DNA of 64,000 bases from Candidatus Latescibacterota bacterium (GCA_963761125.1 CAVXFV010000005.1:50088-114087), one strand, 5' to 3'; shown: positions 38,905-49,252, numbered from the stretch's first letter. A program made the numbers and translations. Notes: generated from the letters alone by a model not told the origin.

Positions 38905-40148
38905 GGCTCGGCCGCGATTTCGACTGGGTGATCGTGGTGTGCACGGGGATCCTGATCCTGATCGGGTTGTCGATTATCTACTCGGTGTCGCACTCGGTGG
39001 GAGAGATCTCGCCGGAGGCGCTGAGCGGCTCGCACTTCTCGCGCCAGCTGGTCTGGATCGCGCTCGGCATCTCTCTGATGGCGATTACCTTCGCCATTCC
39101 GTTTCGAATGTTCGAGACGCTCGCACCGGCCGTGTACGTGGCGTGCCTGGTCATGCTCGTCGTCGTGCTGCTGCTGCCGGCGCGCGGCGAGACTCAGCGC
39201 TGGTTCATCGTCGGGCCGATCGCCATTCAGCCGAGCGAATTCACCAAGGTGGCGGTAATTCTGCTGTGGTCACGTCTGCTCTCGAGTCACCGATCGGATC
39301 CGAACAAACTGCAGACGCTGGTGCCGGTGCTGGTGTTGTTCATCGTGCCGTTCCTTCTCGTTCTGAAGCAGCCGGACCTCGGAACGGCGATGGTGTTCGT
39401 CGGCGTGCTGCTGCCGGTCCTCTACTGGCGGGGATTTCGCGGGCTCCACATTCTCTTTCTGCTTTCCCCGCTGGTGAGCAGCGTGCTCATCATCTACGGA
39501 GAGAACGTCACGCACAATCCGTGGCCGTTTGGAATATTCATCGTCATGATCTTGATTGTGGCCTACCTCCGGCGAGCGTACCTCCTCGAAAGCATCTCGC
39601 TGCTGGTCGCCAATCTGGGCATCGGTCTATTCCTGCCCGTCCTGTGGAATCACCTCAAGCTGTACCAGCAGCGGCGAGTCACCAATTTCCTGGACCCGGA
39701 CTCCGACAAGCTCGGAGCGGGGTGGCAGGTCATCCAGTCGAAGATTGCCATCGGCTCCGGCGGCTTCGGCGGAAAGGGATACCTGGAAGGAACGCAGAAA
39801 GCGCTCGAGTTCCTTCCGGCCAAGCACACGGACTTCATCTTCTCGGTGTTGGGGGAGGAACTCGGATTTGTCGGTGCCATGGCGGTGCTGCTACTCTTCA
39901 CCGTTCTCATCACGCGAGCGCTCAACGCCGCCCAGAAAATGAAGAGCGAATTCGCCGCGACCCTGTGCGTGGGGATCGCCGCCTACTTTGCGTTCCAGGT
40001 TCTGGTCAACATCGGGATGACGACCGGAATGGCACCGGTCGCCGGGATTCCCCTGCCGTTCATTAGTTACGGGGGCAGTTCGATGCTCGTCAGTTGTTTT
40101 CTCGTGGGGTTACTCCTGAACTGCACCGCCCGCTGGTCCGAGTACTGA
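38901..40148 (+). CDS. rodA: Peptidoglycan glycosyltransferase RodA (SEDS family)
   Basis: ATG 38901 overlaps the mrdA stop; about 415 aa with 10 TM helices and a conserved ...IPLPFISYGGSSML... C-terminal motif. Confidence 0.88.
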   Translation: MRLGRDFDWVIVVCTGILILIGLSIIYSVSHSVGEISPEALSGSHFSRQLVWIALGISLMAITFAIPFRMFETLAPAVYVACLVMLVVVLLLPARGETQRWFIVGPIAIQPSEFTKVAVILLWSRLLSSHRSDPNKLQTLVPVLVLFIVPFLLVLKQPDLGTAMVFVGVLLPVLYWRGFRGLHILFLLSPLVSSVLIIYGENVTHNPWPFGIFIVMILIVAYLRRAYLLESISLLVANLGIGLFLPVLWNHLKLYQQRRVTNFLDPDSDKLGAGWQVIQSKIAIGSGGFGGKGYLEGTQKALEFLPAKHTDFIFSVLGEELGFVGAMAVLLLFTVLITRALNAAQKMKSEFAATLCVGIAAYFAFQVLVNIGMTTGMAPVAGIPLPFISYGGSSMLVSCFLVGLLLNCTARWSEY

Positions 40149-40236
40149 CGCGGGCAATGACAGCGAGGGCGTCACGCGTTATATTGAGGACGCCGCCGTG
40201 GCCCCGCGGCGGAGGTTCAAGCGAGAGAAGGAGTTC

Positions 40237-41040
40237 ATGCATCCCATTCTGATCGATCTCGGACGGCTGCAGATCCGTTCGTACGGGTTCATGCTGGCGG
40301 TCAGTTTCCTCATCGGCATCTATCTGGCGGGACGGCGGGCGAAACGGTTCGGCGTCGACCCGCAGAAGATCCTCGATCTGAGCGTGCTCATCATTCTGGC
40401 CGCCGTCGTCGGTTCACGCCTGCTCTACGTTGTATTTCACCTGGATCAATATTCGAATCCGCTCGACGTGTTCGCGCTGTGGCAGGGTGGTGCGACATTC
40501 TACGGGGGGTTCCTGCTGGCCCTGGCCGTGGCGTACTGGTGGGTTCACCGTCACGGCATCGCGTTCCTCACGGTGGCCGATATCATGGCGCCGTCCATCG
40601 CGCTCGGTCTGGTCTTCACCAGGGTCGGGTGCCTGTTGAGCGGGTGCTGTTTCGGCAAGCCGACGCACCAGGCCTGGGGGCTCGTGTTTCCGCCCGACTC
40701 GCCGGCGGGAGCGGCGGCGGCGGTCGTCGCGAGCCGGATGGGCGTCGACCATGTCGCGTTGCACCCTACGCAGGCCTACGCGTCGCTGGCCGGCCTCACA
40801 ATCTTCATTATTCTGATGCTGTCGGAGCCCCGCCTCGGGCGACGAGGTAACACGTTCGGGTTGTTCCTCATCCTCTACGGCATCGGCCGATTCACGATCG
40901 ATTTCTTCCGCTACTATGAAGCGAACGCGCGTGTATTGATGGGATTGACGTTCAATCAGGTGATCAGCGTGGTCCTGGTCGCGATCGGACTCGCACTCCT
41001 GATGCGACGGGGCACGGCGAGGAGTCCGGTCCCCGAATAG
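40237..41040 (+). CDS. lgt: Prolipoprotein diacylglyceryl transferase
   Basis: GAGAAGGAG then ATG 40237; ...GRLLYVVFH..., ...LSGCCFGKPT... Lgt signature. Confidence 0.9.
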   Translation: MHPILIDLGRLQIRSYGFMLAVSFLIGIYLAGRRAKRFGVDPQKILDLSVLIILAAVVGSRLLYVVFHLDQYSNPLDVFALWQGGATFYGGFLLALAVAYWWVHRHGIAFLTVADIMAPSIALGLVFTRVGCLLSGCCFGKPTHQAWGLVFPPDSPAGAAAAVVASRMGVDHVALHPTQAYASLAGLTIFIILMLSEPRLGRRGNTFGLFLILYGIGRFTIDFFRYYEANARVLMGLTFNQVISVVLVAIGLALLMRRGTARSPVPE

Positions 41041-41049
41041 TTCGGAAGC

Positions 41050-41841
41050 GTGGGGAGGGGTGGGGTGACGAGGCGCGCGGCGGAAAGCCTCTTGCAGGCG
41101 ATCGCGGATTTCCTGGTCGACGAGATCTGTCACCATTGTGGCGGTCGTGTCGATGCCTACCTGCCGTTGTCTCCCCCGGCCGACGCGGCCTCCGCCGCCC
41201 TGGCCGAGCCGGCGATCGCCCTGGAACTGGGGCCGGTCCGCCTGCGAACACGACCCCTGTGTCGACTGTGCATCCACGGATTACGCCCGTGGGCTCGCTC
41301 GCTCCGCATCGGTTCGCCGGGGTCGGCCGACGCGCTGGTCGTGTATCCCGCGTTCGAAGCCGAATCCCGCATTCTCACCGTCATCCATCTGATCAAGTTC
41401 GCGCGCCGGCGACGCCTCGCGCCGTGGCTTGCACGCGCGGTCGGGTGTGGGCTTGCGGGCGCGGCCATCGGCCGCTGTGCGGGTTCACCCGTGCTCGTTC
41501 CGGTGCCGATGCATGCGGCGTCGCGGCGCGAGCGCGGCTTCAATCAGGCCGAGCTGCTCGCGCGGTCCCTGGGGAAACAGTGGGACACGCCGGTCGTGGC
41601 CGACGCCGTTGTCAAGGTGCGCCGAACCGCGCCGCAGTCGCGGCTCGACCGCGCGCGGCGGGCGAGCAATCTCCAGGGTGCGATGCGAATCGGTGCCGGA
41701 GGCGGGGCGCTGGCCGGGAAGACCGTGATTATCGTCGACGACCTCCTGACTACCGGCGCCACGGTGCTGGCTTGCGCAGCGGCGGTTCGGACGGCGAAAC
41801 CGCGCGAAATCCGGGTCGTCTGCGCGGGATACCGGGCGTGA
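41050..41841 (+). CDS. comF: ComF/GntX-family phosphoribosyltransferase-domain protein
   Basis: N-terminal CxxC...C zinc-finger-like region and a C-terminal PRTase motif (VIIVDDLLTTGAT). Confidence 0.75.
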   Translation: MGRGGVTRRAAESLLQAIADFLVDEICHHCGGRVDAYLPLSPPADAASAALAEPAIALELGPVRLRTRPLCRLCIHGLRPWARSLRIGSPGSADALVVYPAFEAESRILTVIHLIKFARRRRLAPWLARAVGCGLAGAAIGRCAGSPVLVPVPMHAASRRERGFNQAELLARSLGKQWDTPVVADAVVKVRRTAPQSRLDRARRASNLQGAMRIGAGGGALAGKTVIIVDDLLTTGATVLACAAAVRTAKPREIRVVCAGYRA

Positions 41842-41863
41842 GCTCGAACCCGTTTCCTCAATC

Positions 41864-41893
41864 TTGACAATGACTTCCACTCCGCGGTATCCT
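41864..41893 (+). promoter_or_regulatory. Candidate sigma70-like promoter upstream of gap (TTGACA-N18-TATCCT)
   Basis: Consensus -35 with a weak -10, about 200 nt upstream of gap. Confidence 0.3.
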
Positions 41894-42097
41894 TCTGACA
41901 CGGGCCGTCGCGAGCAGTTCTTCCACGACGGGTTTGCCAATTCCGGCCAATTTCGCGTACGTTCGTGGTTCGGCTCCAGGCGGGGACGCGACGGCGATGG
42001 GAGAGTCGGCCGCGCTCGACACGCTACGCGTACTCCATATGACACACACCGTGCGACCCCGGTTGGGGTGCGCCCGTAGGTTGCGAAGGAGACCTGC

Positions 42098-43096
42098 ATG
42101 GCAATCAAAGTGGCGATCAATGGGTTCGGGAGAATCGGACGTCTGGTCTACCGCCACGCGTTCGGTCGCGATGAGTACGACGTCGTTGCCGTCAACGACC
42201 TGACCAGTCCGGAGATTCTGGCCCATCTGCTGAAGTACGATTCCGTGCACGGGCGTTTTCCCGCCGATGTGGCGCCGACCGAATCCGGAATCAAGGTTGG
42301 GACGCGGACATTGAAAGTCCTCTCGGAGCGGGACCCGGCCCGGCTACCGTGGAAATCGCTCGGAGTCGATGTCGTTATCGAGTCGACGGGCCTGTTCACC
42401 AAGCGCGACGCAGCCGCCAAACATCTCGACGCTGGCGCGCGACGAGTGCTGATTTCAGCGCCGGCAACCGATCCGGACGTGATGATCGTGCCGGGCGTAA
42501 ACGATTCGCTCTTCGATCCCGAAAAGCACCACATCATTTCCACAGCGTCGTGCACGACCAATTGCCTGGCGCCCGTGGCTAAAATTCTGAACGACACTTT
42601 TGGTATCAAATACGGATTGATGACGACAATTCACGCATATACGAACGATCAGGAGATTCTCGACGCGCCGCACAAGGACCTGCGCCGGGCGCGGGCGGCG
42701 GCGTTGTCGATCATACCAACGACCACGGGCGCGGCCCGTGCCGTGACCAAGGTGTTGCCGGAGTTGAAGGGCCGCATGGACGGGATCTCGGTCCGTGTCC
42801 CGGTGTCAGACGGGTCGCTGGTCGATCTCACGTTCGAAACCGAAAAGCCGACGTCGGTCGAGGCGATCAACGCGGCGATGCGCAAGGCGGCGGACGGAGC
42901 GATGAAAAACATCCTCGAGTACACCGAGGATCCGATTGTCTCTGTGGACATCGTCGGCAATCCACATTCGTGCATTTTCGACGCGAAGTCCACGATGGCG
43001 ATCGGCGACAATTTCTTCAAGGTGCTGGCCTGGTACGACAACGAGTTCGGATATTCGGGCCGGATGGTTGACATGCTGCATCTCTTGACACGATGA
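42098..43096 (+). CDS. gap: Glyceraldehyde-3-phosphate dehydrogenase
   Basis: MAIKVAINGFGRIGR...ASCTTNCLAP... Confidence 0.95.
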   Translation: MAIKVAINGFGRIGRLVYRHAFGRDEYDVVAVNDLTSPEILAHLLKYDSVHGRFPADVAPTESGIKVGTRTLKVLSERDPARLPWKSLGVDVVIESTGLFTKRDAAAKHLDAGARRVLISAPATDPDVMIVPGVNDSLFDPEKHHIISTASCTTNCLAPVAKILNDTFGIKYGLMTTIHAYTNDQEILDAPHKDLRRARAAALSIIPTTTGAARAVTKVLPELKGRMDGISVRVPVSDGSLVDLTFETEKPTSVEAINAAMRKAADGAMKNILEYTEDPIVSVDIVGNPHSCIFDAKSTMAIGDNFFKVLAWYDNEFGYSGRMVDMLHLLTR

Positions 43097-43110
43097 CGGG
43101 TGAACAAGGC

Positions 43111-44322
43111 ATGAAAAAACTCTCCATTCGCGACTGTGACGTAAAGGGCCGTCGTGTGCTCGCGCGCGTCGACTTTAACGTGCCGCTGGACAGTGACCGT
43201 TCCATTACGGACGACACGCGCATTCAGGAAGCGCTCCCGACGATTCGCGACATCGTGGATCGCGGCGGCCGGCTGATTCTGATGAGCCATCTCGGACGCC
43301 CCCGCGGGCAGCGCGACGCGGGACTGAGCCTCGCGCCGGTTGCGCATCGCCTCGCCGAGCTGGTCAAGAATCCGCTTCGGTTTGCCAACGACTGTATCGG
43401 CGAAGATGTGCGGCAGAAGGTGGCGTCGCTCCACGACGGCGAGATCCTGCTCCTGGAGAACCTGCGGTTCCACGCGGGCGAAGAGGAAAACGATCCCGCG
43501 TTCGCGCGCGAACTCGCCGAACTGGGCGACATCTACGTCAACGACGCCTTCGGAACGGCGCATCGGGCGCACGCCTCCACGGTCGGCGTCGCGGAGTTTA
43601 TCCCCGTGCGCGCGGCGGGTTTCCTGATGGAGAAGGAACTCAAGGCGCTCGGCGATGCGCTCCACAACCCCAGCCGTCCCTTCGTCGCCATTCTGGGCGG
43701 CGCCAAGATCGCGGGGAAGATCGATCTGATCAAGTCGCTCCTCGACCGCGTCGATGTGCTGCTGGTCGGCGGGGGAATGATGTACACGTTCTTCAAGGCC
43801 TCGGGTCTCGAGATCGGCAAGAGCATTGTCGACGAGAAGTACCTGGCGATGTGCAAGGAACTGCTCGCGCGTACGCGGCCGGGCCGGTCGCGGCTCCTGC
43901 TGCCGGTCGACACGATCGTCGCGGAGGCGATCGAGGACAACGCGCCGGCGCGAGACGTTTCCATCGCGGACATTCCCGAAGACTGGGTGGGCGTCGACAT
44001 CGGGCCGAAGACGGTCGACCTGTTCAAGGCCCAGATTCTCAATGCACGCACGGTGTTCTGGAACGGCCCCATGGGCGTCTTCGAGAAGCCGAGCTTCGCG
44101 GAGGGGACCAAGGCGGTTGCTCGCGCGATCGCCGACGCGACCGATCGCGGCGCGAAGACCATTGCGGGTGGCGGCGACAGCGTTGCCGCGATCAATCTAA
44201 TGGGCATCGCGAATCGCTTCACACACATCTCCACCGGCGGGGGCGCATCGCTCGAGTTCATGGAGGGCCGGTTGCTCCCGGGCGTGGACGCCCTGTGCGA
44301 CGTCGCCGAAGTGACCGGATAG
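43111..44322 (+). CDS. pgk: Phosphoglycerate kinase
   Basis: MKKLSIRDCDVKGRRVLARVDFNVPLD...; the alternative upstream ATG at 43093 overlaps the gap stop. Confidence 0.93.
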   Translation: MKKLSIRDCDVKGRRVLARVDFNVPLDSDRSITDDTRIQEALPTIRDIVDRGGRLILMSHLGRPRGQRDAGLSLAPVAHRLAELVKNPLRFANDCIGEDVRQKVASLHDGEILLLENLRFHAGEEENDPAFARELAELGDIYVNDAFGTAHRAHASTVGVAEFIPVRAAGFLMEKELKALGDALHNPSRPFVAILGGAKIAGKIDLIKSLLDRVDVLLVGGGMMYTFFKASGLEIGKSIVDEKYLAMCKELLARTRPGRSRLLLPVDTIVAEAIEDNAPARDVSIADIPEDWVGVDIGPKTVDLFKAQILNARTVFWNGPMGVFEKPSFAEGTKAVARAIADATDRGAKTIAGGGDSVAAINLMGIANRFTHISTGGGASLEFMEGRLLPGVDALCDVAEVTG

Positions 44323-44331
44323 CGTCAAACG

Positions 44332-45108
44332 ATGTCGCGCCGAAAACTCATCGCGGCGAACTGGAAGATGAACAAGACCATCTCCGAGGCGGGCGCGTTC
44401 GCCACGGAGTTCCGCGCTCTGCTTCCCGCGCTTCCGGACTGTGACCTCGCGATCTTCCCGTCGTTCTTCTGCATGCAAACGGTCGCGGACATCCTGTCCG
44501 GAAGCCCCGTTGCGATCGGCGCCCAGGATGTCTACTGGGAAGCGTCCGGCGCGTTCACCGGTGAGGTGTCGACCACCATGGTGAGGGACGCGGGCGGTAC
44601 GTGCGTCCTCGTCGGGCATTCCGAGCGTCGTCATGTGATGGGGGAGGACGACCTCGTCGTCGCCCGCAAGCTCACCGCCGCCGTGAACGCGGGGCTCCTT
44701 CCGGTGCTCTGCGTGGGAGAAACGCTCGCCGAGCGGGATGCGGGGCGGCAGGACGAGGTCGTGGTGTTTCAGCTCGAGACGTCCATCGACGATCGCCCGG
44801 CCGAACACGTCGGTGGCGTTGTGATCGCCTACGAGCCCGTCTGGGCGATCGGGACCGGGCGCACGGCGACCGCCGAGGACGCAGCCCGGATGCACGCGAC
44901 TATTCGCACCTGGCTCCGGGACCGGCACAGCCCCGCGGTGGCGGAGCGTGTTCGCATTCTCTACGGCGGCAGCGTCAAGCCCGATAACGCTGCCGAGCTG
45001 CTCGCCGCCGACGGCGTCGACGGGTTGCTGGTGGGTGGCGCAAGCCTCGACGCGGCCTCGTTTGCGGCCATTGCCCGGGGGGGCGCGTCGCCCGGCCGGG
45101 GCGGTTGA
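44332..45108 (+). CDS. tpiA: Triosephosphate isomerase
   Basis: ...LIAANWKMNKT..., ...VGHSERR..., ...AYEPVWAIGTG... Confidence 0.95.
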   Translation: MSRRKLIAANWKMNKTISEAGAFATEFRALLPALPDCDLAIFPSFFCMQTVADILSGSPVAIGAQDVYWEASGAFTGEVSTTMVRDAGGTCVLVGHSERRHVMGEDDLVVARKLTAAVNAGLLPVLCVGETLAERDAGRQDEVVVFQLETSIDDRPAEHVGGVVIAYEPVWAIGTGRTATAEDAARMHATIRTWLRDRHSPAVAERVRILYGGSVKPDNAAELLAADGVDGLLVGGASLDAASFAAIARGGASPGRGG

Positions 45109-45193
45109 CTTTGGCGGGGGGCTCTGGTAGGCTCGCGATTCGCGGTGGTCTGCACCGCAATTTTTGTTTTCCCGGCAAGGCAAGGGTACAGGC

Positions 45194-45565
45194 ATGATTT
45201 TCAAACTCCTAATTGCGCTGCACGTCGTCGTGTGCCTCGTGCTGGTACTGGTCGTTCTGCTGCAGTCGAGCAAGGGCGGCGGACTTGCCGGCGCGTTCGG
45301 CGGCGGTGGCGGGCAGACCATGTTCGGCGGTCAGGAAACGGCGACGTTCCTGGGCAAGGCGACGACGTATCTGGCAATCCTCTTCATGCTGCTGTCGTTG
45401 TTGCTTGCGTTTCTTTCGGCTCGACAGCGCTCGCCGCACGCGCGCAGCATCGTGCGTCAGGCAGCGGAGCACCAGCAGAACACGATTCCCAGCGGACAGA
45501 GCATCGATGCGATTCTCGGCGGCGCGGATTCGACGCGCGCCGACTCGTCCGCCGCGGGGCACTGA
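45194..45565 (+). CDS. secG: Preprotein translocase subunit SecG
   Basis: Two TM helices with a Gly-rich loop (...LLQSSKGGGLAGAFGGGGGQTMFGG...); in the canonical tpiA-secG-tRNA-Leu position. Confidence 0.85.
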   Translation: MIFKLLIALHVVVCLVLVLVVLLQSSKGGGLAGAFGGGGGQTMFGGQETATFLGKATTYLAILFMLLSLLLAFLSARQRSPHARSIVRQAAEHQQNTIPSGQSIDAILGGADSTRADSSAAGH

Positions 45566-45593
45566 CCGACAGGCCGCAGTCAAGAATTCCCCG

Positions 45594-45680
45594 GCCGAGG
45601 TGGTGGAACTGGCAGACACGCTATCTTGAGGGGGTAGTAGACGCAAGTCTGTGCGGGTTCGAGTCCCGCCCTCGGCACCA
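45594..45680 (+). tRNA. tRNA-Leu (anticodon GAG), CCA encoded
   Basis: 87 nt: GCCGAGG acceptor stem, D-arm GGTGGAACTGGCAGACACG, anticodon arm CTATC-TTGAGGG-GGTAG (loop U-U-GAG-G-G), long variable arm, T-arm GGTTCGAGTCC, 3' CCTCGGC-A-CCA. Near-identical in layout to E. coli tRNA-Leu(GAG). Confidence 0.92.
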
Positions 45681-45732
45681 ACTATTCGGTTCGCCAGCGG
45701 TGGATTCTTTCGCCGCCAGCGGTTATAACTAG

Positions 45733-45760
45733 CGGGACGCTCATCACGGGCGTCCCGTTT
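45733..45760 (+). terminator. Rho-independent terminator after tRNA-Leu
   Basis: GGGACGC-tcatcac-GGGCGTCCC... followed by TTTT. Confidence 0.6.
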
Positions 45761-45796
45761 TGCGTTTCCGGTCGTCGCGCCGGACGAGGAGGAATC

Positions 45797-47222
45797 ATGA
45801 GACCAGCACGCTATGTGATCGGGATGGCTGCCGCGGCGCTCAGCATCGCCGCGGGTTCCGCGTCCAGCGCCACGAGCGACACCAAGAGCACCGCCGCCGA
45901 TCAGAAGTCGGTGAGCATCACCATCTACAACGACAACCTCGGCCTGGTGAAGGACGTGCGCGCGATCGATCTCGGGACGGGCACCCGGAACCTGTGGTTC
46001 GAAGGTGTCGCCGCGAACATCGACCCGACGTCGGTCAGCATTCGCGCCGTCGACAGTCCTGAGGCGCTCCGCGTTCTCGAACAGAATTTCGAGTACGACC
46101 TGATCTCGCCCTCGAAACTGATGGAAAAATACCTCGGCCTCCCGGTCTGAACTCGTCACCGAGGACGAGGGCAAGACGCAGACAACGCGCGCGACGCTCA
46201 TCGGCAACAGCGAAGGCGCGGTATACGAACTCGAAGACGGTCGCATTGCGGTCAATCCGCCGGGGCATCTCGTTCTGCCGAAGCTGCCCGACGGCTTGAT
46301 CTCGAAGCCGTCGCTCGTGTGGCTTCTGGAAAGCGACAAACCCAAACAGACGGTCGAGGCCAGCTACCTCACGTCCGGTATCGGCTGGAAGGCGGACTAC
46401 GTGACCGTCCTGTCGGCGGACGACGCGAAGATCGATCTCTCCGGCTGGGTAACGATCGACAACAAGAGCGGGGCCACCTACGCCGATGCGTCGCTCAAAC
46501 TCGTCGCCGGCGACGTCAACCGGGTGCAACCGGAGCGACGCGAAGACGTGCTGCAGAGCGTCGCCCTGCGCGGCTCCGTGTCGAAAGAGCAGTTCAGCGA
46601 AGAGTCGTTCTTCGAGTATCACCTGTACTCGCTCGAGCGCAAGGCCACCGTCAGGGACAACCAGACCAAACAGATTTCGTTGCTGTCGGCGGCAGACGTG
46701 AAGATCAAGAAGTCGTTCGTGGTGAACCCCGGATACAGCTACTGGTTCCAGCACGTCACCAACGTCGACAAGCCGAAGGTCGGGGTGTACCTGGCGTTCG
46801 AGAATTCGAAGAAGAACGGAATGGGCATGCCCCTTCCGAAGGGCGTGGTCCGCGTGTACAAGAAGGACGCGAGCGGGTCCCTGCAGTTCGTGGGGGAGGA
46901 CCGCATCGATCATACGCCGCAAGACGAGACGATCCGCGTTAAGATGGGGGACGCGTTCGACGTCATAGCGGAGCGGTCGCAGACCAACTTCGAGGTCCTT
47001 TCCAGCGGTCAACTGTATCGGTCGTCTTACAAAGTGACCCTCCGCAACCACAAGAAGGACGGGATCACCGTCTCCGTCGTCGAACTCCTGTCGGGCGACT
47101 GGTCGATCACCGAGTCGTCGTTTAAGTACGAGAAAGAGACGGCGTCGCGGGTCCGGTTTGACGTTCCGGTGGCGGCCAACGGAGCCGCGGACCTGACCTA
47201 TACCGTCGAGGTGAAGTACTAG
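45797..47222 (+). CDS. DUF4140/DUF4139 (MuiA-like 'mucoidy inhibitor' family) protein, interrupted by a +1 frame shift near 46147
   Basis: N-terminal signal peptide and DUF4140-type segment (...VSITIYNDNLGLVKDVRAIDLGTGTRNLWFEGVAANIDPTSVSI...) in frame 2 to 46150. Continuation (ELVTEDEGKTQTTRATLIGNSEGAVYELEDGRIAVNPPG...) and the DUF4139-type C-terminal domain in frame 3 to 47222. Removing the T of GTC-T-GAA restores one 474-aa ORF. Confidence 0.7.
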
Positions 47223-47330
47223 GGGCCGAGGAGACGCTCCCGGTGGTCGAGACGAGGTCGGGCACATTAATATTTACAGGTCTCGTGGGCCGTATTAGGA
47301 TTCGCCGCTGATTCCTTGGAGGGGGACACG

Positions 47331-47807
47331 TTGGACCAAAACGCGGCCTATTTGATACCGGCTCTCGGCGCCATCGCGGTCATCGCGCTGGTCGTGGGCG
47401 CGTTCGCGCTCTTGAAGGTGCGAGCCCTTTCGAAACCGTTCTCGTGGGTGTCGGGCGGCGACGCCGCCGGCGTCGACACGCTTCCCGCGCTGTTGCGCGC
47501 CGTGGAAACCAATCAGCGCGACATCACGATGCTCAAGGGTGCGATGGACGCTGCCAACGTCGAGTCGCGCACGCACTTCAAACGACTGGGAATCATCCGC
47601 TACAACGCGTTCGAAGGCGTTGCGGGCCAGCAGAGCTACTCGTTGTGTCTGCTCGACGAAAATCGCAACGGAATTCTCATCTCCAACCTGGTCGGGACGA
47701 ACTTCAGCCGGGGCTACGCAGTTGAGATTCGAAGCGGGGAACCGGCGCGGCCGCTCGGTGACGAAGAGTCGCAGGCGCTCGCTGCGGCAACGAAGAACGG
47801 CAACTAG
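47331..47807 (+). CDS. DUF4446-family membrane-anchored protein
   Basis: GGAGGGGG then TTG 47331 (alternative TTG 47316); N-terminal TM segment and ...RLGIIRYNAFEGVAGQQSYSLCLLDENRNGILISNLVGTNFSRGYAVEI.... Confidence 0.6.
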   Translation: MDQNAAYLIPALGAIAVIALVVGAFALLKVRALSKPFSWVSGGDAAGVDTLPALLRAVETNQRDITMLKGAMDAANVESRTHFKRLGIIRYNAFEGVAGQQSYSLCLLDENRNGILISNLVGTNFSRGYAVEIRSGEPARPLGDEESQALAAATKNGN

Positions 47808-48597
47808 TCGGACGATTCGTTGCGCTGCCGGCTGTAGTTTTCGAGGATCTTCTTTTCCGTCGGCGTGAGGTTCTCGTACCCCTTCGCCGAAATCTTGTCC
47901 AGAATCGAGTCGATGTTGTCTTCCGGACGCGGTGTTTCCGGACGGCGTGGCTGGACGACGGGCGGTTTCCACTGGGGGCGAGGCGGCGACGACAGCTTGA
48001 AATGCCGCATGATGTCGCGGCGGAAGAACAGCAGCCCCGTGATGATCCCTCCCAGGTGCGCGAAGTACGCGATTCCGGACGGCCCGGATATTCCGTTGGC
48101 GATCTGGAGAACAGCGAGCCCGATGACGAAGTACTTCACCTTCACCGGCACCACGAAATAGACATACACGAGCGCGTCCGGGAATAGCATCGCGGTCGCC
48201 ACGTACACGCCGAAGATCGCCCCGCTCGCGCCTATGACGCTCGCGTTGTACTGGACGAGCATATGCAGCAGGCCGCCGCCGACGCCGCAGATGAGGTAGT
48301 ACCGCAGGAACCGATTCGGCCCCCAGACCGACTCCACCATGTTGCCGAAGAAATAGAGTACGATGAGATTGAAGAACAGGTGCCAGAACCCACCATGCAG
48401 GAAGACGTACGTGACAAGCTGCCACACGAACAGCCGTTCGACGACGAGTCGCGGCGTCAGAGCGAGATACTGGGTGACCGGTGGAAAAGCATTCTGGAGC
48501 AGGAACACCCCGACCGTGACCAGGATGATTCGGCCCACCGCGGTTCCAAAGAACGACGGACTGGTGTAGGACGGTCGGTACGAATAAGGGGTCATGG
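47804..48597 (-). CDS. Rhomboid-family intramembrane serine protease (second copy, minus strand)
   Basis: Reverse-strand ORF; start at the ATG complement 48595-48597 (MTPYSYRPS...); TM core with GASGAIFGV (GxSG) and AHLGG (His). Confidence 0.8.
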
Positions 48598-48864
48598 CGT
48601 GGCGGCAACGTTGCCGGCTTCTCAACATACACATTCCCCGCGGCATCCGGCAAGGCCCGGTGTCCGTTCCCCTCTGTAAGGTCCGGGACCGGGCCACGTC
48701 AAACCGGGCGTATTCAGGGGTTGTGGGCGGTCAAAAGCTCTTTACAGCCGTTTAACGGGGTTGCATACTGCGAGGAAACCGAGCCGCGTTCGGAAGGGAA
48801 AAGCGCGCCACCGCCGGTCCCCCGGTCCGAATCATCCGCAGTCAAGAAACATCAGGAGGGATGG

Positions 48865-49194
48865 ATGTCCAAGGAATTCGAATTCACCGACGCCAACTTC
48901 GAAAGCGAGGTTCTGAAGTCCAGCACACCCGTGCTCGTGGACTTCTGGGCGCCCTGGTGCGGTCCGTGCAAGATGGTCGCTCCCATCGTCGCGGAAATCT
49001 CGACGGAGTACGACGGGAAGCTCAAGGTCGGCAAGGTCAACACCGACGACAATCAGTCCGTTGCCGCCCAGTACGGTATCATGAGCATTCCGACGCTCAT
49101 GATCTTCAAGGGCGGCAAGGAAGTGGCGCGGATCATCGGTGCCCAGCCCAAACAGGCGCTGACCGGGAAGATCGACGCGGTGCTCGCCCGCTAA
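48865..49194 (+). CDS. trxA: Thioredoxin
   Basis: 109 aa, ...[18 protein letters not shown]... (WCGPC active site); AGGAGG Shine-Dalgarno upstream. Confidence 0.93.
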   Translation: MSKEFEFTDANFESEVLKSSTPVLVDFWAPWCGPCKMVAPIVAEISTEYDGKLKVGKVNTDDNQSVAAQYGIMSIPTLMIFKGGKEVARIIGAQPKQALTGKIDAVLAR

Positions 49195-49222
49195 GCTGAT
49201 TTCATAGATTGGCTTGCGATGG

Positions 49223-49252
49223 AGGCCGGTCCCTCTGGGATCGGCCTTTCTC
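49223..49252 (+). terminator. Candidate intrinsic terminator after trxA
   Basis: AGGCCG...CGGCCT hairpin followed by TTCTC. Confidence 0.4.

Noticed and set aside
46140-46152. Programmed +1 frameshift (prfB-like) at TGA in the DUF4139 gene and at 14980-14988 in GWxTD-1
   Set aside because: Two junctions coincide with an in-frame TGA, but the P-site codons (GUC, GAG) are not slippery and no upstream Shine-Dalgarno-like stimulator is present. Five other junctions have no stop codon. All fit single inserted bases.
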